A DNA stretch of 64,000 bases from an uncultured Ignavibacteriales bacterium (GCA_964464605.1 CAYXJN010000005.1:62001-126000), one strand, 5' to 3'. Shown: positions 1-9,911, numbered from the stretch's first letter. The notes: generated by a model from the letters alone, not told the origin. Numbers and translations: made by a program.

Positions 1-1
1 C

Positions 2-1375
2 AAAGACGAATATATCCGGCAAATGACGATCGACATCGAAGCGGTCGCGCGTCGTGTTCTTTCGCATCTGAGCGGGTTCGGTGAGCGAAGTGAAATGAGT
101 TTTGAGCCGAACACGATTATCGTGAGCAAACTGCTCACGCCGGGTGAAATTCTGATGTTCAGCGGCAGAAAAGCGACAGGATTTGTGGTCGACGAAGGGG
201 GCTACAGTTCGCACATGGGACTTATCGCCCGTGCTTTAGCCCTGCCGGTCGTTGTGGTAAGCGATGCAACAGGAAAAATAGCGGATGGGGTTCGGATCAT
301 TGTCGATGCTGTTGATGCAGAAGTCATTATTAATCCGTCATCCGATGACGCCGCCGAATATGGCCGGAAAAAGCGGAAAATGGGACCGGCGCTTGTCGCC
401 GGGATTCGCAAGCTCACTATTTTGCCGCCAAAAACACGGGACGGGAAAGAAGTGCATATCGCCGCAAATCTTTCGGTGCCGGGAGCAGCGGATGAAATTT
501 TAGCCGAAAAGAAAATTCCGGTCGGGTTGTATCGCACTGAGTTTTTGTATTTGGAGCAGGGAAGTTTTCCGGATGAAGCAACGCAGTTTGAGCGGTACGA
601 TGCGATTGCCGCGCAATTCGCGCCGAGCGTGGTAACGCTGCGCGCGTTCGATTTGGGGTATGACAAAATGTCCCCTTCCGATGAATGGCCGCATGAGGAT
701 AACCCGGCTTTGGGCTGGCGGGGAATACGGGCGCTTTTGGATATGTCGACCGTTTTCCGGGCACAAATCAGGGCGATTTTGCGGGCTTCAACGAGAAAAA
801 ATGTCCGGTTGATGCTGCCGATGGTTTCGGATTTATCGGAAATCGATGAGGCCAAAAAGATTATCGCGCAGGAAAAATTCAAACTTCGCAAAGAAGGGGT
901 AAAATTCGACCCAGACATTAAAATCGGGGTGATGATCGAAGTTCCAGCGGCGGCCCTGGCGGCCGATGCGATCGCCCGGAAAGTCGACTTTTTATCCATA
1001 GGTACCAATGACTTGACCCAGTATACCCTGGCTGCCGACCGGATGAATCAACGCGTGGCCGAGTTATATAGTCCGTACCATCCTGCTGTTCTTCAATTGA
1101 TTAGATTGACTGTTGAGGCCGGAAAACGCTATACTAAGCCTGTATCAGTATGCGGCGAAATGGCCGGCGACGTTCTCGCCCTGCCCGTATTAATTGGTTT
1201 GGGGGTCGATCAATTGTCGATGGGGGCGGTTCGCATTTACGATCTCTGCCGCATGGTTAAACGGATTGACTCCGGCTCCGCTCGTCTGTTGACGACGACC
1301 GTTCTGGCTGCCGGTTCTTTGGAATCGGCCCTGGACAACCTGCAGCGGTTTGCTGCGGCGCTGGAAAAAACATAA
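2..1375 (+). CDS. ptsP: Phosphoenolpyruvate-protein phosphotransferase (PTS enzyme I, PtsI/PtsP family), 5'-truncated by window edge
   Basis: Frame is open from base 2 (KDEYIRQMTIDIE). Motifs: phospho-His GGYSSHMGLIARAL, GLYRTEFLY, EDNPALGWRGIR, GVMIEVPAA, SIGTNDLTQY, CGEMAGD. ptsI vs ptsP cannot be resolved without the N-terminus. Confidence 0.9.
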   Translation, partial: KDEYIRQMTIDIEAVARRVLSHLSGFGERSEMSFEPNTIIVSKLLTPGEILMFSGRKATGFVVDEGGYSSHMGLIARALALPVVVVSDATGKIADGVRIIVDAVDAEVIINPSSDDAAEYGRKKRKMGPALVAGIRKLTILPPKTRDGKEVHIAANLSVPGAADEILAEKKIPVGLYRTEFLYLEQGSFPDEATQFERYDAIAAQFAPSVVTLRAFDLGYDKMSPSDEWPHEDNPALGWRGIRALLDMSTVFRAQIRAILRASTRKNVRLMLPMVSDLSEIDEAKKIIAQEKFKLRKEGVKFDPDIKIGVMIEVPAAALAADAIARKVDFLSIGTNDLTQYTLAADRMNQRVAELYSPYHPAVLQLIRLTVEAGKRYTKPVSVCGEMAGDVLALPVLIGLGVDQLSMGAVRIYDLCRMVKRIDSGSARLLTTTVLAAGSLESALDNLQRFAAALEKT

Positions 1376-1392
1376 CGGAAAGGTAGGCCACA

Positions 1393-2466
1393 GTGACTCC
1401 AGTGCTCGATGACGTGCAGCGCATACGCGCCGTCGACCCGCAGAATATGTATAATCGCATCTTTGATTTTCCGGAGCAGATGGCCGACGCACTCACGATC
1501 GGACAAAACTGGAAAGTCAGTGCGGCAGATTTTTCAGATATTAAAAATATAGTCGTTATCGGTATGGGCGGCTCCGCAATCGGCGGCGATATGGTTCGTT
1601 CATACTTAGCATCCAAATTACAAATCCCGTTCATGATTGTCCGCAATTACGATCTGCCGGAATTTGTGGATGATGAAACGCTGGTTATCGCGTCCTCATA
1701 CAGCGGCAACACGGAAGAAACATTGTCCGCGCTCGATGAAGCGCTTCGCCGCAAGTCACTCATAGCCGCCATAACCACCGGCGGGATGATGCAGGAAGTC
1801 GCAAAATTGAATGATATTCCAACCGCGATTTTACCGGGCGGAATGCAGCCGCGCGCCGCACTCGGTTATTCATTCGTTCCGCTTCTGATGTTCTTTGAAA
1901 AAATTGGCTTGGTAAAAGGGGCCGCCAAAGAAATTCAGAACGTTATTGCCTCCATGAAAATCTGGCGGGAAAAATATATCGAAGATTCTCCGGTCGGTTC
2001 CAATCCGGCGAAAGACTTGGCCGCGAAGCTTCACGGCCGCATGCCGATCATTTATTCCGGTCCGACTCTCACCGACACAATCGGTGTGCGCTGGAAAGGG
2101 CAGATTTGCGAAAACAGCAAAAATCTTTCCTTCGCCAATCAGTTCGCTGAGTTCAACCACAATGAATTAGTCGGATGGGCGCAGACGATTGAACCGTACC
2201 GTGACTATCTGGCGACGGTGATTCTGCATGACTCCGATGACCATCCGCAGGTGAACAAGCGGATGCAGATTGTGAAACGAATCATTTCTGAATTGGGTGT
2301 GCCAGTGCATGATGTTCACCCGCTTGGCACCACCACGCTTGAGCGGATGTTCTCGCTGATTCAGATGGGAGATTTTGTTTCCTATTATCTTGCCGTGCTC
2401 AACGAAGTCGACCCGACTCCGGTCAAAGTGATTGAACGCCTGAAAGGTGAATTATCGGGTAAGTAA
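1393..2466 (+). CDS. Bifunctional phosphoglucose/phosphomannose isomerase (SIS fold)
   Basis: GMGGSAIGGD, SSYSGNTEETL, QPRAA, RWKGQICENSK, EFNHNE and DPTPV motifs of the archaeal-type PGI/PMI family; GTG start with AAGG upstream. Confidence 0.92.
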   Translation: MTPVLDDVQRIRAVDPQNMYNRIFDFPEQMADALTIGQNWKVSAADFSDIKNIVVIGMGGSAIGGDMVRSYLASKLQIPFMIVRNYDLPEFVDDETLVIASSYSGNTEETLSALDEALRRKSLIAAITTGGMMQEVAKLNDIPTAILPGGMQPRAALGYSFVPLLMFFEKIGLVKGAAKEIQNVIASMKIWREKYIEDSPVGSNPAKDLAAKLHGRMPIIYSGPTLTDTIGVRWKGQICENSKNLSFANQFAEFNHNELVGWAQTIEPYRDYLATVILHDSDDHPQVNKRMQIVKRIISELGVPVHDVHPLGTTTLERMFSLIQMGDFVSYYLAVLNEVDPTPVKVIERLKGELSGK

Positions 2467-2484
2467 GCATCTTTTGAAATTGAA

Positions 2485-2517
2485 ATAAAAGCCTCGCGTA
2501 AGCGGGGCTTTTTTATT
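2485..2517 (+). terminator. Intrinsic terminator after PGI/PMI
   Basis: AAAAGCCTCGC-GTAA-GCGGGGCTTTT hairpin followed by a T tract. Confidence 0.85.
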
Positions 2518-2580
2518 CCGGCTTGACGCAATTTGCGAGAATCATATACTACCTTTATAACTTCTTACTTCCGAGCGAAT

Positions 2581-4098
2581 ATGATTCGTTTGCTTTGTCT
2601 TATCGCATGTTTCTTTTTATCAACTTGCACGAGTAATGCCGCCGTGCAATTCATCTGGTCGGGAGCGGCAACATCCAATTCTATTATAGTAAAAGCAAAA
2701 CTAACCAACGACAATTCTGTTGGTCGGTTGGTGTATAGCACGGCACCGGATTTATCCTCACCCAATTATTCTCTACCCAATACTGCAATTGACAGCGTTA
2801 ACAACCGTCTTATCGTTTTCAATGTGAACTCACTCACGCCGAATACGCAGTACTATTATGGATGCGAAGTAGATGGCGTAATTGATACAGCAAAACTTGG
2901 AAGATTCAAAACATTTCCAGCCGATAGCGGGTCATTCAGCTTTGCGTTTGCCTCCTGTGCGTTGACAGCATCCAATCATGCCGTATTTGAAACGATTCGG
3001 TCGCTCAATCCGCTTTTCTTTTTTCATCTTGGAGATTTTCATTATGAAAATATATCAGTCGATGATCCAGCGGTCTTTCGGCAAAAATATGAAATGGTGC
3101 TGGCATCGCCGAATCAATCGCGGCTCTATCGTGATATTGACTTCGCCTATATCTGGGATGATCATGATTTCGGTCCCAACAATTCCGATTCTACCGCTCC
3201 CGGTCGCACTGCTGCCCGTTTAACATATGAGCAGTATGTGCCGCATTATCCACTGGCTGCCGGGGAGTCAGATAATCCGATTTATTTTGCATTCACGGTT
3301 GGTCGGGTGCGGTTTATTGTGACCGATTCCCGCTCCGCTCGATCACCGGCAACAAATCAGGATAATGCCGCAAAAACGGTGCTTGGTGTTGCGCAGAAAC
3401 AGTGGTTCAAACAGGAGCTGGCAACAGCAAAATCATTTCCGCTTGTGGTGTGGGTTAGTTCATTTCCGTGGATCGGCACTACTGGTGATGATGGCTGGTA
3501 TTTGTATACCTACGAGCGCAGAGAGCTAGCAAATTTTATCAAAGATAACGAACTTACCAATCTTTGCATGATTTCCGGCGACGCGCATATGGTTGCAATC
3601 GATGATGGCTCTCACAGTGACTATGCCACCGGCGGTGGAGCATCGTTTCCGGTGTTTCATGCCGCCGCACTCGATCAGGCGGGAAGTGTGAAAGGTGGGC
3701 CGTATAGTGAAGGCGCATTTCCCGGTGGCGGACGGTTCGGCTGGTTCAGTGTTACTGATTTCAATGACAGTTTGAAAGTCGATTGGATCGGGAAAAATTC
3801 ATTGAATCAAACCCTCGTTTCCTATTCGTTCACAAAACCGGTATGTCATGGCATCGATCCGACTTCCGGTTCGCCGTGCGACTGCTGTGTCGGTGTTCGC
3901 GGCAACACAAACAATATTCCCGGAGTTTCCTTGCTCGATTTATTGACGTTGATTGGCTATGTGCTTCAAGGAGGTGCGCCCCCGTCCTGTTTGGAAGAAG
4001 CGAATATCAACGGACAGGGAAGTGTTACTGTGCAGGATATTGTGTATCTAGTGTCGTATCTGTTTAACAATGGTCCGCAGCCGGTGGCATGCCCTTAG
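2581..4098 (+). CDS. Secreted PhoD-like alkaline phosphatase with C-terminal dockerin-like domain
   Basis: Signal peptide MIRLLCLIACFF (ATG 2581 preferred over TTG 2533). Motifs FAFASC, HLGDFHY, WDDHD, TDSRS, SGDAH. Ends in CCVGVRGN...DLLTLIGY...ANING...DIVYLVSYLF...P..CP. Confidence 0.85.
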   Translation: MIRLLCLIACFFLSTCTSNAAVQFIWSGAATSNSIIVKAKLTNDNSVGRLVYSTAPDLSSPNYSLPNTAIDSVNNRLIVFNVNSLTPNTQYYYGCEVDGVIDTAKLGRFKTFPADSGSFSFAFASCALTASNHAVFETIRSLNPLFFFHLGDFHYENISVDDPAVFRQKYEMVLASPNQSRLYRDIDFAYIWDDHDFGPNNSDSTAPGRTAARLTYEQYVPHYPLAAGESDNPIYFAFTVGRVRFIVTDSRSARSPATNQDNAAKTVLGVAQKQWFKQELATAKSFPLVVWVSSFPWIGTTGDDGWYLYTYERRELANFIKDNELTNLCMISGDAHMVAIDDGSHSDYATGGGASFPVFHAAALDQAGSVKGGPYSEGAFPGGGRFGWFSVTDFNDSLKVDWIGKNSLNQTLVSYSFTKPVCHGIDPTSGSPCDCCVGVRGNTNNIPGVSLLDLLTLIGYVLQGGAPPSCLEEANINGQGSVTVQDIVYLVSYLFNNGPQPVACP

Positions 4099-4101
4099 TA
4101 C

Positions 4102-5055
4102 TCAAAAAACCCGCGTTTCCCCTTCATTGAGTGTAATAAACTGATTGTGCGAGATTCCCGTATCAGTAAGCGCTTTTGCTAAATCGATTTTCGGCTGATC
4201 GAACGCTTCTGTTGATAACTGAAACGTTCCGAAATGCATCCCGATACTTAGTTTTGATCCCAAATCTATATGCGCCTGGACTGCTTCGGCAGGGTTCATG
4301 TGCATTGGTTTCATGAACCATCTCGGTTCGTAGGCGCCCATTCCTAAAAGCGCAATATCCGGTGCACCGAGTCGTTTGTTGATATCGGCAAAATGCGTCG
4401 AGTAGCCGGAATCGGCGCCGAAGTAGATGTGTTTGTTGCGGTGCTGAATCATATAGCTTCCCCACAAACTTTTCATTCGGTCACGGATACCTCGCGCGGC
4501 AAAATGTTGGGTAGGGGCGTAGGTAATGGTCAAATCAGCGCTAATCTGAATATTTTCCCACCAATCGAATTCACGCACATTAGTAAAACCAACCGATTCG
4601 GCTAGCTGGTTGTCACCGGAAGCGACGAGTACTTTGGGAGCGAAGCGTTTGTTGATTCTCTTTAGTGTAGCTTTGTCAAAATGATCGTAATGATTATGGC
4701 TAAGAAGTACCAAATCAATTTTCGGCAGATCATCGAATGCAATTCCCGGTTTGCGGACACGTTTTGGACCTAACCAGCCGAATGGCCCGGCGTGCTTTGC
4801 CCACACCGGATCGGTCAGAATAGTGATATCCTGAAACTGAATTAAGAACGTCGCATGGTTGACGAAGGTAATTGCAACTTGTTTCACTCCGAGTTTTTCA
4901 TTGAGGCGTGGGGTAGCTTTATTCTCGATATACGCAGGCCATTTGCTTCTTGGTTCACGAAGCATCCTGAACACTTTAGCAAGTCCGGGAATACCCTGTT
5001 TTAGGGTCGGATTATAAAACCGTTTCCCATCAAAATGGTCGGATTGGGTTGGCAT
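4102..5055 (-). CDS. MBL-fold metallo-hydrolase (NAPE-PLD/RomA-like)
   Basis: SDHFDGKRFYNP, HATFLI, TDPVW, SHNHYDH, ADSGY, HMNPAEA, HFGTF. Confidence 0.9.
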   Translation of the reverse strand: MPTQSDHFDGKRFYNPTLKQGIPGLAKVFRMLREPRSKWPAYIENKATPRLNEKLGVKQVAITFVNHATFLIQFQDITILTDPVWAKHAGPFGWLGPKRVRKPGIAFDDLPKIDLVLLSHNHYDHFDKATLKRINKRFAPKVLVASGDNQLAESVGFTNVREFDWWENIQISADLTITYAPTQHFAARGIRDRMKSLWGSYMIQHRNKHIYFGADSGYSTHFADINKRLGAPDIALLGMGAYEPRWFMKPMHMNPAEAVQAHIDLGSKLSIGMHFGTFQLSTEAFDQPKIDLAKALTDTGISHNQFITLNEGETRVF

Positions 5056-5191
5056 AGAAGATTATACTATTGGTTTATCTCAGCAACGAGTCTTATATCC
5101 CCTAATATTTTATAAATGAAAGCATGTATTAGACTTGCCTGATTTGTTTTCTCTCAATAACTTAAGGGAAATATTCGGGAGGTTGCCTATA

Positions 5192-6088
5192 GTGAAAAAA
5201 AATGTAGGTAAGATTTATAGACAATTTTGCTTTGATAAAGACCATGTATTAGTAAATGGTGACTGCGTACCTTTTCTTTCACGAATTCCATCAAAGAGTA
5301 TTGATCTTGTTGTCACGTCACCTCCATATTTTATGGGAAAGGATTACGATAAATCTGTCAAAGTCGAAGATTTTGTTAATTTTCATAGAAAAATCTTACC
5401 TGAAATCTTCAGAATTACAAAGGATGGGGGAAGCATTTGTTGGCAGGTAGGATATCACGTAAAAATGTCTCAAGTGGTACCATTAGATTACTTAATATAT
5501 GAAATTTTTTCTGATTTCTCTGATCTTTACCTTCGTAATAGAATAATTTGGACATTTGGTCATGGGTTGCATGGGCAAAAAAGGTTTAGTGGTAGGCATG
5601 AAATGATTTTATGGTTTACTAAGGGGAAGAATTATTATTTCGATTTAGATTCAATCAGAATTCCGCAGAAGTATCCGGGCAAAAGATATTATAAAGGTGA
5701 TAAAAAAGGTATGTTTAGCGGAAATCCACTAGGTAAAAATCCATCAGATGTTTGGGATATACCAAATGTAAAAGCAAAACATATTGAAAAAAGTGAACAT
5801 CCATGTCAATATCCAATAGCTCTCGCTCAAAGATTAATTAAGGCATTAGTCCCACCGAAAGGTAAGGTGTTAGATCCTTTTATCGGCTCAGGTACGACAG
5901 CTATTGCTGCAATATTGGAAAGTAAGAAATTCTTAGGATTTGAAATAGAAAAAAAATATCACAACGTAGCTGTGACACGATGCCACGAAGCTTTAGAAAA
6001 TAGAATCAAATTCCGACCACTAGAGAGAGAGGTCTTGAAACCAAATCCAAGCCAATCGGTGGCACGGAAACCAGCCTATTTTAGATAG
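5192..6088 (+). CDS. Site-specific DNA methyltransferase, beta class (probably N4-cytosine)
   Basis: Motif IV TSPPY precedes motif I DPFIGSGTT; GKNPSDVW and HPCQYP present. GGGAGG RBS before GTG 5192. AT-rich. Confidence 0.93.
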   Translation: MKKNVGKIYRQFCFDKDHVLVNGDCVPFLSRIPSKSIDLVVTSPPYFMGKDYDKSVKVEDFVNFHRKILPEIFRITKDGGSICWQVGYHVKMSQVVPLDYLIYEIFSDFSDLYLRNRIIWTFGHGLHGQKRFSGRHEMILWFTKGKNYYFDLDSIRIPQKYPGKRYYKGDKKGMFSGNPLGKNPSDVWDIPNVKAKHIEKSEHPCQYPIALAQRLIKALVPPKGKVLDPFIGSGTTAIAAILESKKFLGFEIEKKYHNVAVTRCHEALENRIKFRPLEREVLKPNPSQSVARKPAYFR

Positions 6089-6098
6089 GGGAGCAATT

Positions 6099-7151
6099 AT
6101 GAAGAAAAAGGGAAATACTAAAAGCAAGGGTGAGCCCAATCCAAATTATATTGATTTTCCGTGTTTAATTGCCAAGCAGGGAAATCGACAGCTCATTTCC
6201 TTTGTAATTAGTGCTAAGAAGCTCTGGAGTATTGTCAAGGTTAACATGAAAGAAGAGGATAAAGATACCGGATATCAAAGGGCACTATCAATAACAAGAG
6301 TAGGCATTATTGCTCGATATATTGAAAGTAGTAAGTCAATACCGAATAGTGTACTCATATCCTTTGACGAGAGGGCGAATCTCAGATCAAACGAAAGTAT
6401 CATTTCCATTCCAGATGTTCCTGATGCTGGTTGGGTGATAGATGGTCAACATAGACTAGCTGGAGCGCATAAAGCTTCAAAAGATATTGAAATTATTGCC
6501 ATATCATACTTAGGATTACCCGAAGAAGATCAAATCAAAGAGTTCGTTACAATTAATAAAGAAGCTAAAGGAGTACCGTCATCGCTATACTATTCGCTGC
6601 TTCCACACATTCCTGGTAATAAATCAGATGCAATGTTGGCAAATGAGCGTGCAACAGATATAGTAAAACTGCTAAGAGATGATGAAGAGTCACCCTTTCA
6701 AGGTAGAATTGTTGTAATGTCTTCCCCGAAAAAAGGCCAATTATCGCTTACGAATTTTGTTCGAAAAATTAGTCCACTAATTAAAAAAGGTGGGAGTTTC
6801 TATTTTTATACACCTAAAGAACAAAAGGGTATATTTGATAATTATTTCCGAGCACTAGAAAATGTTTTCCCACATTGTTTTAGCGAAGAGACTCAAACTT
6901 TCTTTCAAACGCTTGGTTTCGGCGCCGTGATAAATGTGCTTCCCGTGGTTTTTAATCTGACGATTAAAAATCGTCATGCATTTCAAGTATCTGACGTTAG
7001 CGAGACACTAAAAAAAATAGAAGACTATGATTTCACAGAATGGGGAATAAGGGGCACAGGAAGTGCAGCGGAAAACTCGGCTGGACAAGAATTAGCAAAT
7101 GCTATTCTTGCGCGTGCGGAGGGTGAAGAACCCAGCACGCTTAAGCTCTAA
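6099..7151 (+). CDS. DGQHR-domain (DndB-like, ParB superfamily) protein
   Basis: GYQRAL, IPNSVLI, VIDGQHRLAG, FVTINKEAKGV; GGGGAG RBS; AT-rich. Confidence 0.88.
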   Translation: MKKKGNTKSKGEPNPNYIDFPCLIAKQGNRQLISFVISAKKLWSIVKVNMKEEDKDTGYQRALSITRVGIIARYIESSKSIPNSVLISFDERANLRSNESIISIPDVPDAGWVIDGQHRLAGAHKASKDIEIIAISYLGLPEEDQIKEFVTINKEAKGVPSSLYYSLLPHIPGNKSDAMLANERATDIVKLLRDDEESPFQGRIVVMSSPKKGQLSLTNFVRKISPLIKKGGSFYFYTPKEQKGIFDNYFRALENVFPHCFSEETQTFFQTLGFGAVINVLPVVFNLTIKNRHAFQVSDVSETLKKIEDYDFTEWGIRGTGSAAENSAGQELANAILARAEGEEPSTLKL

Positions 7152-7169
7152 GAAAGAAATAAGGGCAGA

Positions 7170-8057
7170 ATGGACTTGAGTGATTCATTAAAACAAATCG
7201 AGAGAAGGTACTGGTCTGTAATTAAGAATGATTGGATGAGGCATATACCGAGTATTCACCCAATTGGTTCTCGACCCAATGAGGGCATTGGAGAATTTCT
7301 TGAAGCTAGGTCGGCATCACTTATTTTTGAAAGTGATGTTATGACAAATTATATTGAAGGATTACGTCAGCTCGTACTCTGGGAAGGTATCTATTTGATG
7401 CATAAAGCATCTCACGTTGTGGGTGTTGCGGAGACCAGTGCAGATTCTGGAACTCAAACTTGGTCACTTTCTAACGGTTATCAAGGTGCTCTCTTCTGTG
7501 CGAAAGCCATACAACATTTCCTTGGTGTTGCATCGGGTTCGTTCGATTCTCATAATTTCATTATAGATTCGTTCAATAGGGGTAACACTGGTTTGAAATT
7601 CGGTAAAAGGCACGAGCGCTTTGATGCTACGATTCAGACAATTCGTGTAAATAGACCTTTACAGAATAAGAATTTCTGGGAGGTGTTTCAACGGACTATT
7701 GCAGTGTCTGAGATTGATGTTTGGCCACGAGAAGCTATCAATAGGCTAAAATCATTACAATTGGCTGACTTTTCTCACCAGCGAAATAGACTTCATTATA
7801 CAAATGTAAATTGGGTATGTCTTGATCTTTTTGAACCTGTCATCACAGAAGATTTTGGTTCACATGGAGCTGACTGGAAAGGTGACTTGGATCCAGATGA
7901 GAAAGATTTCTCGCTGGTATTAGGAATTACCCTTTTAAAACTAGGGTATTTGCTTTTCAAAGATTTAGCTCAAGTATCCAATAAGCTGGCTGATGAATTT
8001 GAATTGTTCAAAAAGAACATTTCAGACGTAACTCGGCACCCCCTTATGACAATTTAG
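7170..8057 (+). CDS. Hypothetical protein, putative HEPN-domain RNase
   Basis: WSLSNGYQGALFCAKAIQHFLG resembles the HEPN N-terminal helix (W..YYA.F.AA.A.L..G); distal QRNRLHY is an R..H/Y motif. AT-rich, same operon. Confidence 0.55.
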   Translation: MDLSDSLKQIERRYWSVIKNDWMRHIPSIHPIGSRPNEGIGEFLEARSASLIFESDVMTNYIEGLRQLVLWEGIYLMHKASHVVGVAETSADSGTQTWSLSNGYQGALFCAKAIQHFLGVASGSFDSHNFIIDSFNRGNTGLKFGKRHERFDATIQTIRVNRPLQNKNFWEVFQRTIAVSEIDVWPREAINRLKSLQLADFSHQRNRLHYTNVNWVCLDLFEPVITEDFGSHGADWKGDLDPDEKDFSLVLGITLLKLGYLLFKDLAQVSNKLADEFELFKKNISDVTRHPLMTI

Positions 8058-8083
8058 CTCAACGTAACTGTTTATGCGTTCCT

Positions 8084-9286
8084 TTACTGCTCCACCTTCG
8101 GCAAATCTCTTTCTAATTGCTTATCTTTGCGCAATCCCAACGCATAGTCGGCTTGCATGAGAGTGTGGATTTCGCGGGTGCCTTCGTAAATAGATGCACC
8201 CTTCGAGTTGCGGTAGAAGCGTTCCACCGGGTATTCATCCGAGAAACCATACGATCCAAACACCTGCACCGCATTGGCAGCGGCAGCTTCCGCCTCACGG
8301 CAGGAAATCCATTTTGCCATCGAGGTTTCACGCGTAGAACGCAGCCCCTGATTTTTCAGCCAACCGGCTTTCATCCAAAGATAGGTTGAGTATTCGTAGC
8401 CAGCTTCCATATTGGCAATCATCTGTTTCACCAACTGATGGTCGGCAATAGGATGATCAAATGTTTTTCTTTCGAGAGAATATTTGACGGAGGCATCCCG
8501 ACAGGCGCGAATTAGACCGCATGAGCCGGCGGCGACGGTGTAACGTCCCTGATCGAGACAGAACATAGCGAGTTTGAAGCCTTGGCCTTCTTTGTACATC
8601 AGGTTTTCCGCAGGAACTTTGACATCCTGAAACGCGATGTATCCGGTATTACCGGCGCGGACGCCGAGCTTGCCGTGGATCGTTCCGGTGCTGACTCCGG
8701 CAAAAGCGCGTTCGACGATAAAGCAGGAGAGTCCGCTGTGGTCACGGTTTTTCTTTTTCTCTAAATCAGTCCAGGCGAAGACCAAAAAGTAGTCGGCGAC
8801 ATCAGCAAGCGAGATCCACATCTTTTCGCCGTTGAGCAAATAGTAACCATCTTTTTTGACAGCGGTAGACTGAATACCGACCGCATCCGACCCGGCAGCC
8901 GGTTCGGTGAGGCCGAACGTCGCGATCTTTTCACCCTTTGCGGCAGGAGTGAGATATTTTTTCTTCTGCTCTTCATTTGCCCACACCAAAACAGACATAC
9001 AGAAAAGACCAACATGGACAGACAAAATCACGCGGGCGGAGGTATCGGCATATTCCATTTCTTCCGAAGCAAGTCCGAGCGAGATATAATCCATTCCCAA
9101 ACCGCCGTATTGTTCCGGAACGCAGAAGCCGAGCAGATTCGCTTTTGCCATCGCAGGCAGGATGTCCGGATTCAGTTTTTGGGCACGGTCATATTCCTGA
9201 ATTTTGGGGAGAACGACATTTTCGGCGACATCGCGCGCCATATCACGGACAGCTTTTTGATTTTCAGTGAGCTCGAAGCTTATCAT
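8084..9286 (-). CDS. Acyl-CoA dehydrogenase
   Basis: FGLTEPAAGSDA, LNGEKMWIS, GKLGVRA, VQVFGSYGF, IYEGTREI. Confidence 0.95.
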   Translation of the reverse strand: MISFELTENQKAVRDMARDVAENVVLPKIQEYDRAQKLNPDILPAMAKANLLGFCVPEQYGGLGMDYISLGLASEEMEYADTSARVILSVHVGLFCMSVLVWANEEQKKKYLTPAAKGEKIATFGLTEPAAGSDAVGIQSTAVKKDGYYLLNGEKMWISLADVADYFLVFAWTDLEKKKNRDHSGLSCFIVERAFAGVSTGTIHGKLGVRAGNTGYIAFQDVKVPAENLMYKEGQGFKLAMFCLDQGRYTVAAGSCGLIRACRDASVKYSLERKTFDHPIADHQLVKQMIANMEAGYEYSTYLWMKAGWLKNQGLRSTRETSMAKWISCREAEAAAANAVQVFGSYGFSDEYPVERFYRNSKGASIYEGTREIHTLMQADYALGLRKDKQLERDLPKVEQ

Positions 9287-9416
9287 GGTCGGTTTTTCCT
9301 TTATGGTGTGATCTTATCTGCCGCTTATATAGGGGAGAAACCCCCGAAAGTCAATGCGACGTTTATCGTTGCATAGCATATAGATACGGGCATATATTGC
9401 CGCCATAGGAGACCAG

Positions 9417-9911
9417 ATGAGCGACGAATCAAAACTAAAAGCAGACATAATTCCCTACACTGCGGAGTTTTCCGGAATCGTGCGGGGGTGGATAGATACC
9501 GCGCGAACGGCGCGAAACCTGGGGATTCTGGATGGCTTTCCGCCCGATGAGTCGATTCCGGAGCGATGGCAAAAGCAGCATGTGCAGGGGTTCATGCTCA
9601 TCACGAGCGGCGCGCCGGTAGCCTATGCGGAAATAGTTGAACGTCCGGCTCTGTTGGCCGTGGAGTTTTTGCACCTGTTGGTGGAACCGTCGGTGCGTAA
9701 TCAGGGATACGGCAGCCTGATGTTGAATCTGCTGTTTGACCGGGTGGTGCATCGCCGGGAAATCGCGAAGGTTATTATCAATTTAGAAGGGGATAACAAA
9801 GCGGCGCTTGGCTGTTATTTCCGCGCCGGGTTTGAATTGGCGGGAGCGAATCAATATGTAACCGGACTGACCTTAGTGCGTCTTCCGGGTAAACAGGTAC
9901 GAACGAGATAA
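9417..9911 (+). CDS. GNAT family N-acetyltransferase
   Basis: LLVEPSVRNQGYG acetyl-CoA motif A and N..A...Y...GF motif; AGGAG RBS. Confidence 0.85.
   Translation: MSDESKLKADIIPYTAEFSGIVRGWIDTARTARNLGILDGFPPDESIPERWQKQHVQGFMLITSGAPVAYAEIVERPALLAVEFLHLLVEPSVRNQGYGSLMLNLLFDRVVHRREIAKVIINLEGDNKAALGCYFRAGFELAGANQYVTGLTLVRLPGKQVRTR

Larger units (their letters stand above)
5100..8060 (+). other. AT-rich horizontally acquired three-gene island (candidate defence cassette)
   Basis: Abrupt shift to AT-rich sequence and A/T-ending codons relative to flanks; three tightly spaced co-oriented genes (10 and 18 nt gaps); no integrase or terminal repeats seen. Confidence 0.75.

Noticed and set aside
202..1008. 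268-aa minus-strand ORF, and similar antisense ORFs such as 36186-36797 and 33763-34326
   Set aside because: Fully overlap well-supported genes on the opposite strand and show no motifs.
4102..5055. MBL hydrolase as a fourth gene of the defence island
   Set aside because: Divergently transcribed, less AT-rich and of the NAPE-PLD/RomA type rather than a nuclease-type MBL.
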